From: Candidatus Woesearchaeota archaeon
GTDB lineage: Archaea > Nanobdellota > Nanobdellia > Woesearchaeales > GW2011-AR4
Reading direction: 5' to 3'
Assembly: GCA_018303655.1 (NCBI GenBank)
Contig: JAGVXT010000021.1
Span: 18,811-82,810, forward strand
Length of the DNA stretch: 64,000 nt
The notes beneath the pieces were generated by a model, which was not told the origin of the DNA, searched no databases, and worked only from the letters and a program-made list of their open reading frames with translations. Within the stretch, counting starts at the first letter, position 1; the number at the start of each line of letters is the position of its first letter. Made by a program: the position numbers and the translations under genes. Below are positions 17,013 to 26,824 of this stretch, one piece after another.

Positions 17013-18983
17013 TTAATAAAATTTCTTACCTGTTTTTTTATTTTCCAACAACTCGTCCACAACATTCAGGAATCTTTCTGTCGCTTTCCCGTCAATTCTG
17101 TGATAATATTCTAAAATGGATTTTTCTCTTTTTATTTTTATTTTTTTGGAGAATGATTCATCAAACAAAGAACGTTTAATAGCTGTTGGCAAATCTTTTT
17201 TGTTAGTTATTTTTATAAAAGCTTTATTCTTCATATCTCCAAAAAAGTCGTAATTTTCAATAAGGTTGAGCTGTATAACAGGCTTGCCCATAACCGATGC
17301 CTCAAGTATTACAGTTGAGCTTATGGAAACAACAAGATCTGAGCAAAAAAGCAAGGAATAAAGATCCGTATCTTTTGTGACAATTGCCTTATACTTCAAA
17401 TGAGATAGAATTTCATTATAAAAAGAACTATCATCGTCAACATGTAATTTTACAACTAATTCAACGTTCTTTATATTTCTTAGAGATTTGACAATCTCAA
17501 TCAAAGCCGTTCTTGGCTCTGAAGAATCTTCAAAAGGTTGTGATGCAAATACCACCAGTTTTTTTTTATGATCTACTCCAAATTTTCTACACAAGCTTTT
17601 TTTTGAATATTTGTTTTTATTTTCATAGAATATATCTGTTCTTGGTTGACCTGTTATAGCTATTTGATCCTGCCTGTAATTTCCGTTTTTTATCAATAAA
17701 TCTTTAAATTTTTTTCCGAATACAGCAGTCTTTTCTGCTAAGATGCAGTTTAATTTATTTTTATAGCAATGTAAATCCTTTTTACTATAATCATAAGTTA
17801 CTTTAATTGGGGCTATTACACCATGTTGGAGTCCTACTGATGGAATGTTACACATATGTGAAGCAAAAACTAAGAATCTAGAATTGCCATTCTCGTCAAT
17901 GCAGATAGTAATATCAATATTATAATTTTCAATCAGTTTTTTGCTTACTTCCATGTTTCTTGCAGCGCTTAAAAATGAGTCAAACCTGTTAAAGAAGTAG
18001 GATTTGATTTTTGGCTTTAGAATAAAACTAAGATCTATTCCATTATAAGTCAAAGTTTTCTTTAGTTTATTATCTTCATCCAGCCTGTTCCATGCCTTTC
18101 TTAGCCTTTGCCTCAAGAATCCTATATTTTTTGTTATTTCAACGTCAAAATAGCTCCTGAATATAAAATAGTCATAGGGAACAAACGGCCATTTTTTCTC
18201 CCTGATAGATTTCCATTGCGCGTTTTTATCAATCACAACATCAAGAGGCAGTACATTATGCTCGTTTTTGCGAAGCAATTCCCTTAATATGGTGTACGAA
18301 TTATGGTCTCCTCTTATGCTCTCGCTTAAGTTTGTCCAGTCCTGCGTAAACAAAAGAACATTCTTCTTTCCATGCTGCATTTTAATTTGAAAAGACCGCG
18401 TAAAACCCTGGAATATTCTGATAATTCTCGGGAGAGAGCCAAAAAAAAGCTTTTTTATTTTTATTAGATGATTAGTTTTTTCCAAATTTTTACCTTCATT
18501 ATTAATAACAATTCTGAGTCTTATGCCCTTTGTTGATTCCTGCACAATGGAAATGAATTCTTCATCATTATTTAAGAGAAGTATTCTTTTTATATTATTT
18601 TTATTTACTAAAGATCTAACAACATAAATTTCTTTCATTACCCCAACTAGTTGTTCATAAAACCCCTGCCTTACAAACCACCACATTGAATAACCATTAT
18701 ATTCAAGTAACTCTACTAAGGATTTTTCATTTAGAATTTTTTCATGGGGGAAATTTTCTACAAATTTCAATAATTTTTTTTTAAGGGAGTCTAAATTGAT
18801 GTCCTTTGTATAATCACTTATTAGCAAATATTTCAGGCCATGTTCTCTGAAATAAGTCTCCATAGAATTATTCCACAGCACAAATATTTTTTTTTTAAGA
18901 TTTAGGGGATTATTCTCAATTAGATAGTTAACAGTGTTAATATCATTTTTTTTAACTACAAATATATAAGTAATTCTATTCAT
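17013..18983 (-). CDS. GT-B fold surface-polysaccharide protein (CDP-glycerophosphotransferase/capsule-synthesis-like; possible nonulosonate transferase)
   Basis: GLQHG, TGQPRTD, FASQP, VKLH, SSTVILEA..GKP, DGKATER. Confidence 0.75.
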   Translation of the reverse strand: MNRITYIFVVKKNDINTVNYLIENNPLNLKKKIFVLWNNSMETYFREHGLKYLLISDYTKDINLDSLKKKLLKFVENFPHEKILNEKSLVELLEYNGYSMWWFVRQGFYEQLVGVMKEIYVVRSLVNKNNIKRILLLNNDEEFISIVQESTKGIRLRIVINNEGKNLEKTNHLIKIKKLFFGSLPRIIRIFQGFTRSFQIKMQHGKKNVLLFTQDWTNLSESIRGDHNSYTILRELLRKNEHNVLPLDVVIDKNAQWKSIREKKWPFVPYDYFIFRSYFDVEITKNIGFLRQRLRKAWNRLDEDNKLKKTLTYNGIDLSFILKPKIKSYFFNRFDSFLSAARNMEVSKKLIENYNIDITICIDENGNSRFLVFASHMCNIPSVGLQHGVIAPIKVTYDYSKKDLHCYKNKLNCILAEKTAVFGKKFKDLLIKNGNYRQDQIAITGQPRTDIFYENKNKYSKKSLCRKFGVDHKKKLVVFASQPFEDSSEPRTALIEIVKSLRNIKNVELVVKLHVDDDSSFYNEILSHLKYKAIVTKDTDLYSLLFCSDLVVSISSTVILEASVMGKPVIQLNLIENYDFFGDMKNKAFIKITNKKDLPTAIKRSLFDESFSKKIKIKREKSILEYYHRIDGKATERFLNVVDELLENKKTGKKFY

Positions 18984-19007
18984 GGTGCTGTCTGCTAATA
19001 AGCTCCT

Positions 19008-19850
19008 TTATAAAAACTTTACTGGCATAATAAAGACTAGTTGAAGATAATCTCTAAAACATAAAATTGTATTGTGGGCGATAGCCCTACAATACATCTC
19101 GGCTCTTTGAGACTTCATATTCAAAGAGCTGACGCTAGTTCCAAATTTTCTTTTGATGGAAAAAATCACAGATTCAGCCATGCTTCTCCTATTGTAAACT
19201 CTTTTCTTAAAATTTTTCAAAACTTTATGCCTTACAAAACCTCTGAAGGCATTCTTTCTTACTTTGACGACTGGGGCAATTCCATTGTCCCACAAAAATT
19301 CATAGAATTTCTCTGAATCGTATGCAGAATCTGCAACTAATTTGCAAGGAAATCTTGCGAACCTTTTAACCAAATATTCTGCATCTTTGATGTCATGCGA
19401 TTTTCTTGCTCTTGTCCTAAGAGCAAGAATTCTCTTGCTTCTTGTGTCAACAGCAAGAGAAATTTTTATGGGAATGTCGACGGGATATGGCTTGTCAATC
19501 CTTTTATAATAGTAAGGGCTTGGCAAAGTCCTTGACATGCCTGTTGAGTCAATCGCAGCAATCTTAACTTTCATGCTTGCTGTGGCAGCAAGCAAAGTTT
19601 GCCAAATTTCAATTGGCATTCTGTAAGCAAACTTTGCTAAGGCAGAATAAGTTGGAACTTTAAGTCCCAAATCGTTTAGCAGATTGCTTGTTCTCCTGAA
19701 ACTCAACTTACATTCTTGCTTTACAAGTAAAGCAATAACATGCTGCCAAAGCTCGTAAGTCTTTGGCCCGAATTTATTTAAATGTCTGGGCAGTTTTGCT
19801 TTCCTTAGCAAACGCTTAACTTTATTTTCTAGTCTTTTTTCCTTTTTCAT
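19008..19850 (-). CDS. IS5-family DDE transposase
   Basis: IDSTG, HD, ADSAYDSE, YNRRSMAESVIFSIKRKFG (YREK signature); probable ATG at 19850. Confidence 0.92.
   Translation of the reverse strand: MKKEKRLENKVKRLLRKAKLPRHLNKFGPKTYELWQHVIALLVKQECKLSFRRTSNLLNDLGLKVPTYSALAKFAYRMPIEIWQTLLAATASMKVKIAAIDSTGMSRTLPSPYYYKRIDKPYPVDIPIKISLAVDTRSKRILALRTRARKSHDIKDAEYLVKRFARFPCKLVADSAYDSEKFYEFLWDNGIAPVVKVRKNAFRGFVRHKVLKNFKKRVYNRRSMAESVIFSIKRKFGTSVSSLNMKSQRAEMYCRAIAHNTILCFRDYLQLVFIMPVKFL
19022..19034 (+). repeat. 13-bp direct repeat (left target-site duplication) CTGGCATAATAAA
   Basis: Identical copy at 19925-19937 on the other side of the transposase. Confidence 0.8.
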
Positions 19851-19924
19851 GGTGGGGTGCACTCCCCACCCCCAGCAGCCTAACGGCTGCTTGGGTTATT
19901 AAATCTTGAGATTTTCAACAACGC
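19035..19924 (-). mobile_element. IS5-family insertion sequence (~890 bp)
   Basis: DDE transposase, imperfect terminal IRs (GACTAGTTGAAGAT vs GCGTTGTTGAAAAT), flanking 13-bp direct repeats. Confidence 0.82.
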
Positions 19925-19937
19925 CTGGCATAATAAA
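19925..19937 (+). repeat. 13-bp direct repeat (right target-site duplication)
   Basis: Identical to 19022-19034. Confidence 0.8.
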
Positions 19938-19984
19938 ATAAATTTTTTATTAGAGAAGTCTAGAAAATATCATAAATTGACTAT

Positions 19985-21466
19985 CTAAGACTGGGCTAAA
20001 GAAGCTTTTCCTTCATCGTTCTCTGAAGTAGAGGCTCTTATTTTCATATAATAATGCTCTTCAGCATCCTTAAATCTCAAATATCCCCCTATTCTTCTTA
20101 AACATGACTTCACAGTTTTTTTAAAACCCCATAACCGATAATAGTCTACTATAAGTCTTGCAAGAATCCACGGTCTTGCATAACAATAGGCTCTCAGTTC
20201 CTTTTCAATATCATTTCTTATCTGAATTAATTCTTCATCTGTAAAATCAGTCATATTAATTTTCAAATCAGAAGCATCTCCGAGATTTTCAACGTATTTA
20301 TCCTCATCATCAATTTTATTTTTCCATTCTTCCCACAATGGCGTGCCAGGAAATGCTGTTGCAAAGAAGAAATTTGCTGGTAAGCCTATTTCCTTACAAA
20401 AATCAACAGTTTCCCTTATTGTTTTCATATTTTCCCCGGGGTATCCAAGCATGAAAGTCCCTCCTGATTTCAAGCCCAGCCCCTTTATTTTCTTGTATAT
20501 TTCTTTGGCTTTCTGCAGATCTATCCCCTTCTTCATATTATCAAGTATTGTTTGGCTTCCACTTTCTAATCCATAAGATATAGAAAAGCAGCCTGCTTTT
20601 TTCATTTTTAAGATAAGGTCCTCATACAAATATTCCAATCTGGTGAGACAATGCCACTTGAGATTTAACTTTTGTTCTATCATTTTGTCGCACATCTCTC
20701 CAACAATCTTCCTGTTAAGCAGAAATAAATCATCAAAAAACATTATTCCATTTATGTTGTATTTTTCTTTTAGATGCTTCATCTCAGCTACAATGTTATC
20801 AGCGCTTCTAAATCTCGCTTTCTCGCCCATAAATGAATGATAGCAGAACTTACAAAGAAAAGGACATCCTCGTGTTATTATCATTGGCATCATTCTTCGA
20901 TTCTGTTCAACTTCTTGTGTGTTTTTAATATAAGTTTCAAAAGGGAACAAGTCCCATTCAGGGAAAGGAATATTGTCAATATTCTCTATTATTTTTCTTG
21001 GAGAAGTATAGATTATGTTTCCATTTTCCTTATATGCAAGTCCATCGACTTTTTTTAGAGCGATGCTTTTTTCCAGAGCATCGGCAAGTTCACAAACTGT
21101 TACTTCTGCTTCTCCAATCATTAATATGTCAGAAGAAGTATATTTAAAAAGAAGATGTGGAATCTCATTAGATATATTACCACCAATAACTATAGGCTTG
21201 TCCGGGTGATATTTTTTCAAAACCGGAGTAAGAAACTTTAAATATTTGTATAATGTTATAACTCCTCCAGTACATACCATATCATAATTTAATTCTCTTA
21301 TCTTATTTTCTACTTCACTTCTATCATAGCGGAAACCATTTATGTCCAGAACCTCAACCTTATGATTGGCTTTTCTCAGAACAGCAATTAGGTATGCCAT
21401 TCCAAGAGGTAATGTAAATGGTGGAAATCTTTCACTTATTGGGCAGTTGACTAAAAGTACTTTCAT
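19985..21466 (-). CDS. B12-binding domain radical SAM protein
   Basis: PLGMAYL, TRGCPFLCKFC, GLESGSQ, MLGYPGE. Confidence 0.92.
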   Translation of the reverse strand: MKVLLVNCPISERFPPFTLPLGMAYLIAVLRKANHKVEVLDINGFRYDRSEVENKIRELNYDMVCTGGVITLYKYLKFLTPVLKKYHPDKPIVIGGNISNEIPHLLFKYTSSDILMIGEAEVTVCELADALEKSIALKKVDGLAYKENGNIIYTSPRKIIENIDNIPFPEWDLFPFETYIKNTQEVEQNRRMMPMIITRGCPFLCKFCYHSFMGEKARFRSADNIVAEMKHLKEKYNINGIMFFDDLFLLNRKIVGEMCDKMIEQKLNLKWHCLTRLEYLYEDLILKMKKAGCFSISYGLESGSQTILDNMKKGIDLQKAKEIYKKIKGLGLKSGGTFMLGYPGENMKTIRETVDFCKEIGLPANFFFATAFPGTPLWEEWKNKIDDEDKYVENLGDASDLKINMTDFTDEELIQIRNDIEKELRAYCYARPWILARLIVDYYRLWGFKKTVKSCLRRIGGYLRFKDAEEHYYMKIRASTSENDEGKASLAQS

Positions 21467-21674
21467 TCTTAAACATCTAAACCATCAAGCTTTTATCCAT
21501 AAATATAAATATTTTTGATAATATTATTTATGGAATTACTTGACATTATTGACACCAATATTTAAATTTTCCTATAGCAAAGTGTTGAGGTCACAAAAAA
21601 TTACAGTAAATCTTATAAATCAACTAAAATTCTCATGGATAAATCTATTAGATTGGGAAGGGAGGCTTATTTAT

Positions 21675-23390
21675 ATGCGGCAAACAAAAGCTACTGAAGA
21701 GGAAAAAGAGATATACATATTGGGTATAAATTATGTTGGTGCTGATGCTTCTGCATCTTTGCTTAAAAATGCCAGAATAATTGCATCGGCTATGGAAGAA
21801 AGATTCACAAGGATAAAAAAAGATAGAAGTTTCCCTACTAATGCGATAAACTTCTGTCTAAAATATGCAAATTTAACAATTGAAGACATAGACCTAGTTA
21901 CTTACTATATGATTCCTGAAGATTTGTTTAATAATCTTGTTATACATCACCTTGGAAAGTACTATCCCAAGTCAATTCCCCTATTTACATCTACTTTAAA
22001 TAGGGCCTTAAAAGTTAACAATGTTGAGAAAGAAATAAGAGAAAGATTAAACTATCATGGAAAGATATATTTCTGCGATCATCATTTGGCTCATATAGCT
22101 TCAAGTTTCTTCTTATCTGAGTTCGATGATGCAGCTGCAATATCTATGGATGGTTTGGGAGAAATTGCCAGCACTTTTATAGCTGATGTTGAAAATAATG
22201 AAATTAAAGTATTAAAGAGAGTAGACTTTCCTCATTCACTGGGAATGTTGTATAATGCAGTTACACACTATTTAGGATTTGATGCCGTCCAAGATCCTGG
22301 TAAAGTAATGGGTTTATCTTCCTATGGGGACCCTAAAAAGTATATAGATGAGTTTAGGAAAATTGTTATTCTTAAAGAAGATGGAACATATGAATTGGAC
22401 TTGAGTTATTTTGAATTTCCATTTAGAAGGGATGTCTGGATTTCTGATAAATTCATCAAGGTGTTTGGACCCAGACGAGAGCCAGATAGTCACCTTGAAA
22501 AAAGATATGAAGATGTAGCAGCTGCATTACAAGTCAGACTTGAGGATGTTTACTTCCACATGGTAGAGTATGCCAAGAAAGCCACTAATAAAGACTATCT
22601 TTGCCTTTCTGGAGGTGTAGCTTTAAACAGTGTAGCTAATGGGAGGATTCTAAAGAAAGAGATTTTTAAGGATATATATATTCCTCCGGCATGTGGAGAT
22701 GATGGTTTATCGATAGGGGCACCATTGTATTATAATTTTTGCGTCCTAAAAAATAAAAAAAGATATCCTTTGGAAACACCTTATTTAGGACCCGAATATA
22801 GCGATGAAGAGATTGTTAAAATAATTAAAAAATTTAATTTGAAATACTACAAGTCAGATAATGTATGCAAAGAAACTGCAAAGCTAATAGCAGACAACAA
22901 AATTATAGGATGGTTTCAGGGAAGAATGGAGATAGGACCAAGAGCTTTGGGAAACAGAAGCATTCTTGCAAATCCTGCTTTAAATAATGTCAAAGAATTA
23001 CTGAATTCGAGGGTGAAATTTCGTGAATCGTTCAGACCTTTTGCTCCGAGCGTTTTAGTTGAAGATGTAAAAGACTGGTTTGAATATGACCATCCTGTAC
23101 CATATATGCTGTTTGTGTTCAAGATAAATGAAGATAAACAAAAGTTAGTGCCGGGAATTACCCATATTGATGGTACTGGAAGACTGCAAACAGTAAGTAA
23201 GACAACCAATGAAAAATATCATAAGTTGATAAGCGAATTTAAGAGATTAACTGGCATACCAATGGTTGTTAACACGTCATTTAACATCAAAGGAGAACCA
23301 ATAATTGAAAGTCCTGTTAATGCTATCAAATGCTTCTTAGGAAACGGTTTGGATTATCTTGTTATGAGTGATTTTGTAATAAAGAAATAA
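21675..23390 (+). CDS. O-carbamoyltransferase (NodU/CmcH/TobZ family)
   Basis: EERFTR.K, HHLAH, DG.GE, SLG..Y, GKVMGL, GGVALN, GRMEIGPRALGNRS, FRPFAP, NTSFN; likely start MRQTK after GGAGG. Confidence 0.95.
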   Translation: MRQTKATEEEKEIYILGINYVGADASASLLKNARIIASAMEERFTRIKKDRSFPTNAINFCLKYANLTIEDIDLVTYYMIPEDLFNNLVIHHLGKYYPKSIPLFTSTLNRALKVNNVEKEIRERLNYHGKIYFCDHHLAHIASSFFLSEFDDAAAISMDGLGEIASTFIADVENNEIKVLKRVDFPHSLGMLYNAVTHYLGFDAVQDPGKVMGLSSYGDPKKYIDEFRKIVILKEDGTYELDLSYFEFPFRRDVWISDKFIKVFGPRREPDSHLEKRYEDVAAALQVRLEDVYFHMVEYAKKATNKDYLCLSGGVALNSVANGRILKKEIFKDIYIPPACGDDGLSIGAPLYYNFCVLKNKKRYPLETPYLGPEYSDEEIVKIIKKFNLKYYKSDNVCKETAKLIADNKIIGWFQGRMEIGPRALGNRSILANPALNNVKELLNSRVKFRESFRPFAPSVLVEDVKDWFEYDHPVPYMLFVFKINEDKQKLVPGITHIDGTGRLQTVSKTTNEKYHKLISEFKRLTGIPMVVNTSFNIKGEPIIESPVNAIKCFLGNGLDYLVMSDFVIKK

Positions 23391-23418
23391 TTCTAAAAAA
23401 AGAAATTTTATTTTTGGA

Positions 23419-23925
23419 TTAATTAGTCTTTTCTTCTTTCAATATTATGTCTGCAACTTCTCTTATCGCCCCTTCGCCGCCTTTCTTTTTTGTGACAATA
23501 TTTGCGGCTTTTTTAACTTCAGGATATGAATCGCTGACAGCTATTCCGATGCCGGCATATTTTATGCATTCAATATCAGTTATGTCATTCCCGATAAAAC
23601 AGACTTCCTCTTTGCTTATGCTTCTTTTTGCAAGCTCTTTTTTCAAAATTGGTAATTTGTTATTTATTCCTTGAATGCATGGAATTTTTAGCTTGCCGCA
23701 TCGCGTTTTAACGACTTTATTCTTTTCCTTTGATATCACAATAACTTCAATGCCATTCTTCTTAAGCAATTCTATTCCCAGGCCGTCTGACCTGTTGCAT
23801 ATGACCGATTCCTTGCCGTTTTCATCAACAGTGACCTTATTATCAGTCATAACGCCATCAAAATCGCATGCCAAAAGTTTTATTTTAGCAGGATTTGCAG
23901 CTTTTTTGATTTTGTTTTCTTTCAT
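23419..23925 (-). CDS. KdsC-like HAD phosphatase (nonulosonate/KDO phosphate phosphatase)
   Basis: DFDGVMTD, SDGLG, GNDITD, GGEGAIRE. Confidence 0.9.
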   Translation of the reverse strand: MKENKIKKAANPAKIKLLACDFDGVMTDNKVTVDENGKESVICNRSDGLGIELLKKNGIEVIVISKEKNKVVKTRCGKLKIPCIQGINNKLPILKKELAKRSISKEEVCFIGNDITDIECIKYAGIGIAVSDSYPEVKKAANIVTKKKGGEGAIREVADIILKEEKTN

Positions 23926-23931
23926 AACAGC

Positions 23932-24786
23932 TTACCAACAGGTTTTCCCCCCATCAATGACTAAATTTGTTCCTGTCATATAAGAAGATGCGTCTGAAAC
24001 AAGGAATACAATCGCTGCCTTGTATTCATCCTTATCAGCCATTCTTCCCAAAGGGATAAGATTCGCTAATCTTTTGACAAACCCTTCACTCTGATCATTA
24101 TAGACTCCTCCTGGTGATATGGAATTAACCCTTATGCCTTTTTTTGCCCAGTAAGTTGCGAGATACCTTGTCATTCCGATTAGCCCGGATTTGACAACAG
24201 AGTAGGATATTGGCTTGGTAAATTGCTCCTCTTCCTTTTGCCCAGGCTCTCGGTAAATCCTTTGGTCAGGTGCTATAAGCGCCAAATCAGAAGCTATATT
24301 CAAAATAACGCCTTTTCCCTGTTTCGTCATTTGCGCTCCTATAATTTTGCTGCATAAAAATGCGCCCGTTAATCCAACATCCATGTCCTTGTTCCACGTA
24401 CGCAGCGGAAAGTTTTCCAAGCGTGACTTTAATCCGGCAGATCTGCCTTCAACTTTAGGATTGTTTGCTGCATTATTAATCAGAATGTCAACTTTTTTGA
24501 ATTGCTTCATAACCTTTGACAATAATTTTTTTACTGCTTCTTCATTGGTAATATCACAATAATATGCTTTTGCCTTGACTCCAAAAACATTTGCAATTTC
24601 TTGAGCGCATTCCTGCGCTCTTTTTTCATCAATGTCAATCAATATGGGTATGCCTCCCATTTCTGCTATGGCCTCCGCATGTTTTGCTCCAAGCAAACCT
24701 GCTCCGCCAGTGATAACGGCTACCCTGCCATTTAATGCGAAAGCTTCTTTTACAGAATCTTTATGCTTAACCATTTTATTTTTCAT
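23932..24786 (-). CDS. SDR oxidoreductase (PtmA-like, nonulosonate-cluster type)
   Basis: TGGAGLLG, NNAANNP, YSVVK, ISPGG. Confidence 0.88.
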   Translation of the reverse strand: MKNKMVKHKDSVKEAFALNGRVAVITGGAGLLGAKHAEAIAEMGGIPILIDIDEKRAQECAQEIANVFGVKAKAYYCDITNEEAVKKLLSKVMKQFKKVDILINNAANNPKVEGRSAGLKSRLENFPLRTWNKDMDVGLTGAFLCSKIIGAQMTKQGKGVILNIASDLALIAPDQRIYREPGQKEEEQFTKPISYSVVKSGLIGMTRYLATYWAKKGIRVNSISPGGVYNDQSEGFVKRLANLIPLGRMADKDEYKAAIVFLVSDASSYMTGTNLVIDGGKTCW

Positions 24787-25547
24787 AATGATCGTGTTTG
24801 TCCTCCGTCCACCACTAAACAGGCTCCAGTAATAAATGATGCTTTTTCAGATGATAAGAAAAGCACCGCATCTGCAACTTCTTCCGGTTTTCCAAAGCGC
24901 TGCATAGGAACTTCTGCGGCAATGTATTTCTTAAAGAACTCCTTACGTTTTGCTAAGTTCTTTTCCCAACTTCCGCCAGGGAAAAGGATATTTCCCGGAG
25001 CAACGGCATTCACGCGAATATTCTTATCTGCCACTTCTCTGGAAAGCTGTTTCATGGCATGCAGCAAGCCAGCTTTTGCAGCAGTGTAGGGAAGATGCCC
25101 TCCAACTGTCTCTATGCCTACTATGGAAGAAATAAAAACAATAGAACCTCCTTGTTTTGTGAGATATGGGATGGATTTGCTGGCAAGCATCATGCTTCCA
25201 ATAAGGTTTGTGGCAAGCATTGACTGCCAATCTTCAAATTTTAAATCAAATCCGTTCTTTCCTGTTCCGCTTCCAATATTGGCAATTACAATATTTATTT
25301 CACCAAAATGGGAAACTGCCTTTTTGAGGGCGCTGTCAATGGTTTTAGGATTAGCCATATCGCCGTGGATCTTCAGGACATCGTTCCCTTCGCCAAGTAT
25401 ATGGCGTGCTTTCTCGAGACTTTCTGAATCTCGCCCTGTGATGGCTACCTTTGCTCCTTCTTTTGCAAAAGCCTGTGCAATAGCAAGGCCTATACCTTTA
25501 CTGGAGCCTGCTATAAACACAACCTTATTCTTGAGTTTTAAGTCCAT
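24783..25547 (-). CDS. SDR oxidoreductase
   Basis: GSSKGIG, YTAAK, VAPGNI, VDGG. Confidence 0.9.
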   Translation of the reverse strand: MDLKLKNKVVFIAGSSKGIGLAIAQAFAKEGAKVAITGRDSESLEKARHILGEGNDVLKIHGDMANPKTIDSALKKAVSHFGEINIVIANIGSGTGKNGFDLKFEDWQSMLATNLIGSMMLASKSIPYLTKQGGSIVFISSIVGIETVGGHLPYTAAKAGLLHAMKQLSREVADKNIRVNAVAPGNILFPGGSWEKNLAKRKEFFKKYIAAEVPMQRFGKPEEVADAVLFLSSEKASFITGACLVVDGGQTRSL

Positions 25548-25554
25548 TTTGTCT

Positions 25555-26397
25555 TTAGTTATAGTTGCAATATTTTAAAACAAATTTTTTATTATTTTTC
25601 GCATATGCCATAGTATCAATTGAATCATCACGTGCAGCTTGCAGTATAAAAGGCCTTGTGTATTTTGCAGCTTTAATCAGTTTAAAGCATGTGGTAAAAT
25701 CCACAGACCCTTGGCCCAAAGGAACGGTCTTTCCATTAAAAATTCTGTCCTTGATATGCACGCTTCCGATCCATTCTTTAAGTATTACCAATTCCTTAGA
25801 GGGGTTGTGCCCTAATGCTGCAGCATTTCCTGTGTCATAATTAAATTTTACCAGAGGATGTTTTATTTTCTCAAAAATGTGTTTCATTGCATATGGCTCC
25901 AAATCTGTTTCTAGATGAATCTCAATTTCAGCTTTTTCCGTATCATTCAAAACTGCATTTAATACATTTAAAAGGCTTGCCTGCTGCTTTTTTGTTTTTA
26001 GCGATGAAGCATCAACAAATGGCAGTACAATATATTTAATCTTCAACATTTTTGCACGTCCAATGAGCCAGCGCAGATGCTCAACAGCATCCTTGTTAAT
26101 ATCCCCATTTTCCTGGATTAATAATATTTTCATATAGTAATCTGCGCAGATAGAGATGACTTGAACTCCTGTTTCTTTTATTTTCTTTTGTATATGTGAT
26201 ATTCCCTCATCACTTTTTACCGGGTTTTTATCCTCGTTTGGCACTTCATAAATCCATTCTATGCAGTCAATTCCGGCTTCTCTTGCAAGGTCAAACTCCA
26301 GTTTCCATGTGTCAAAAGGAAACCACTGAATCATCTTTCCTCTTGGCGGTGAAAGCCGACCTTGCATAATTCCGATTGGATTTGGGAGTTTACTCAT
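25555..26397 (-). CDS. Sugar-phosphate isomerase/epimerase (xylose-isomerase-like TIM barrel)
   Basis: GIMQGRL, IEW, LETD, YDTGN, VHIKDR, LGQG.VDF. Confidence 0.87.
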   Translation of the reverse strand: MSKLPNPIGIMQGRLSPPRGKMIQWFPFDTWKLEFDLAREAGIDCIEWIYEVPNEDKNPVKSDEGISHIQKKIKETGVQVISICADYYMKILLIQENGDINKDAVEHLRWLIGRAKMLKIKYIVLPFVDASSLKTKKQQASLLNVLNAVLNDTEKAEIEIHLETDLEPYAMKHIFEKIKHPLVKFNYDTGNAAALGHNPSKELVILKEWIGSVHIKDRIFNGKTVPLGQGSVDFTTCFKLIKAAKYTRPFILQAARDDSIDTMAYAKNNKKFVLKYCNYN

Positions 26398-26824
26398 TCA
26401 GCACCTCGACCAATTCTATCCATGCTCCGTTAGGGTCTCTGCAAAAAACAACTTTAGCATAGCCATCTGGAGAAGCCTCTGGAGAGGAATTGAATTTTAT
26501 CCCTTCTCCAAGCAATCGCTTATATTCTTTTTCCACATTATCCACTGTAAATGCTATATGGGAGCATCCTAATCCGGTAATATAGGTATTTTCTGGTTTT
26601 TTTGGATGTGATTTAAAATATAATAATTCAATTAAATTTCCATCTGGCGCTTTCATTTTTATTGTTCTTACTGAGGCATTTTTAAGGGACAGTACAGAAT
26701 CAATATAATTTCCGGATTCTAATTTATCCTTGACTATTTCAAATCCAAGCAAGTCTCTGTAAAAATGGAGTGATTTATCCAAATCACTCACAACTATGCC
26801 TGTATGCCTTATTGCCTTGATCAT
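26390..26824 (-). CDS. VOC/glyoxalase family protein
   Basis: HTGIVVSD..S..FYRDLLG, IEL, HIAF.V, DPNG..IELVE. Confidence 0.9.
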   Translation of the reverse strand: MIKAIRHTGIVVSDLDKSLHFYRDLLGFEIVKDKLESGNYIDSVLSLKNASVRTIKMKAPDGNLIELLYFKSHPKKPENTYITGLGCSHIAFTVDNVEKEYKRLLGEGIKFNSSPEASPDGYAKVVFCRDPNGAWIELVEVLNE

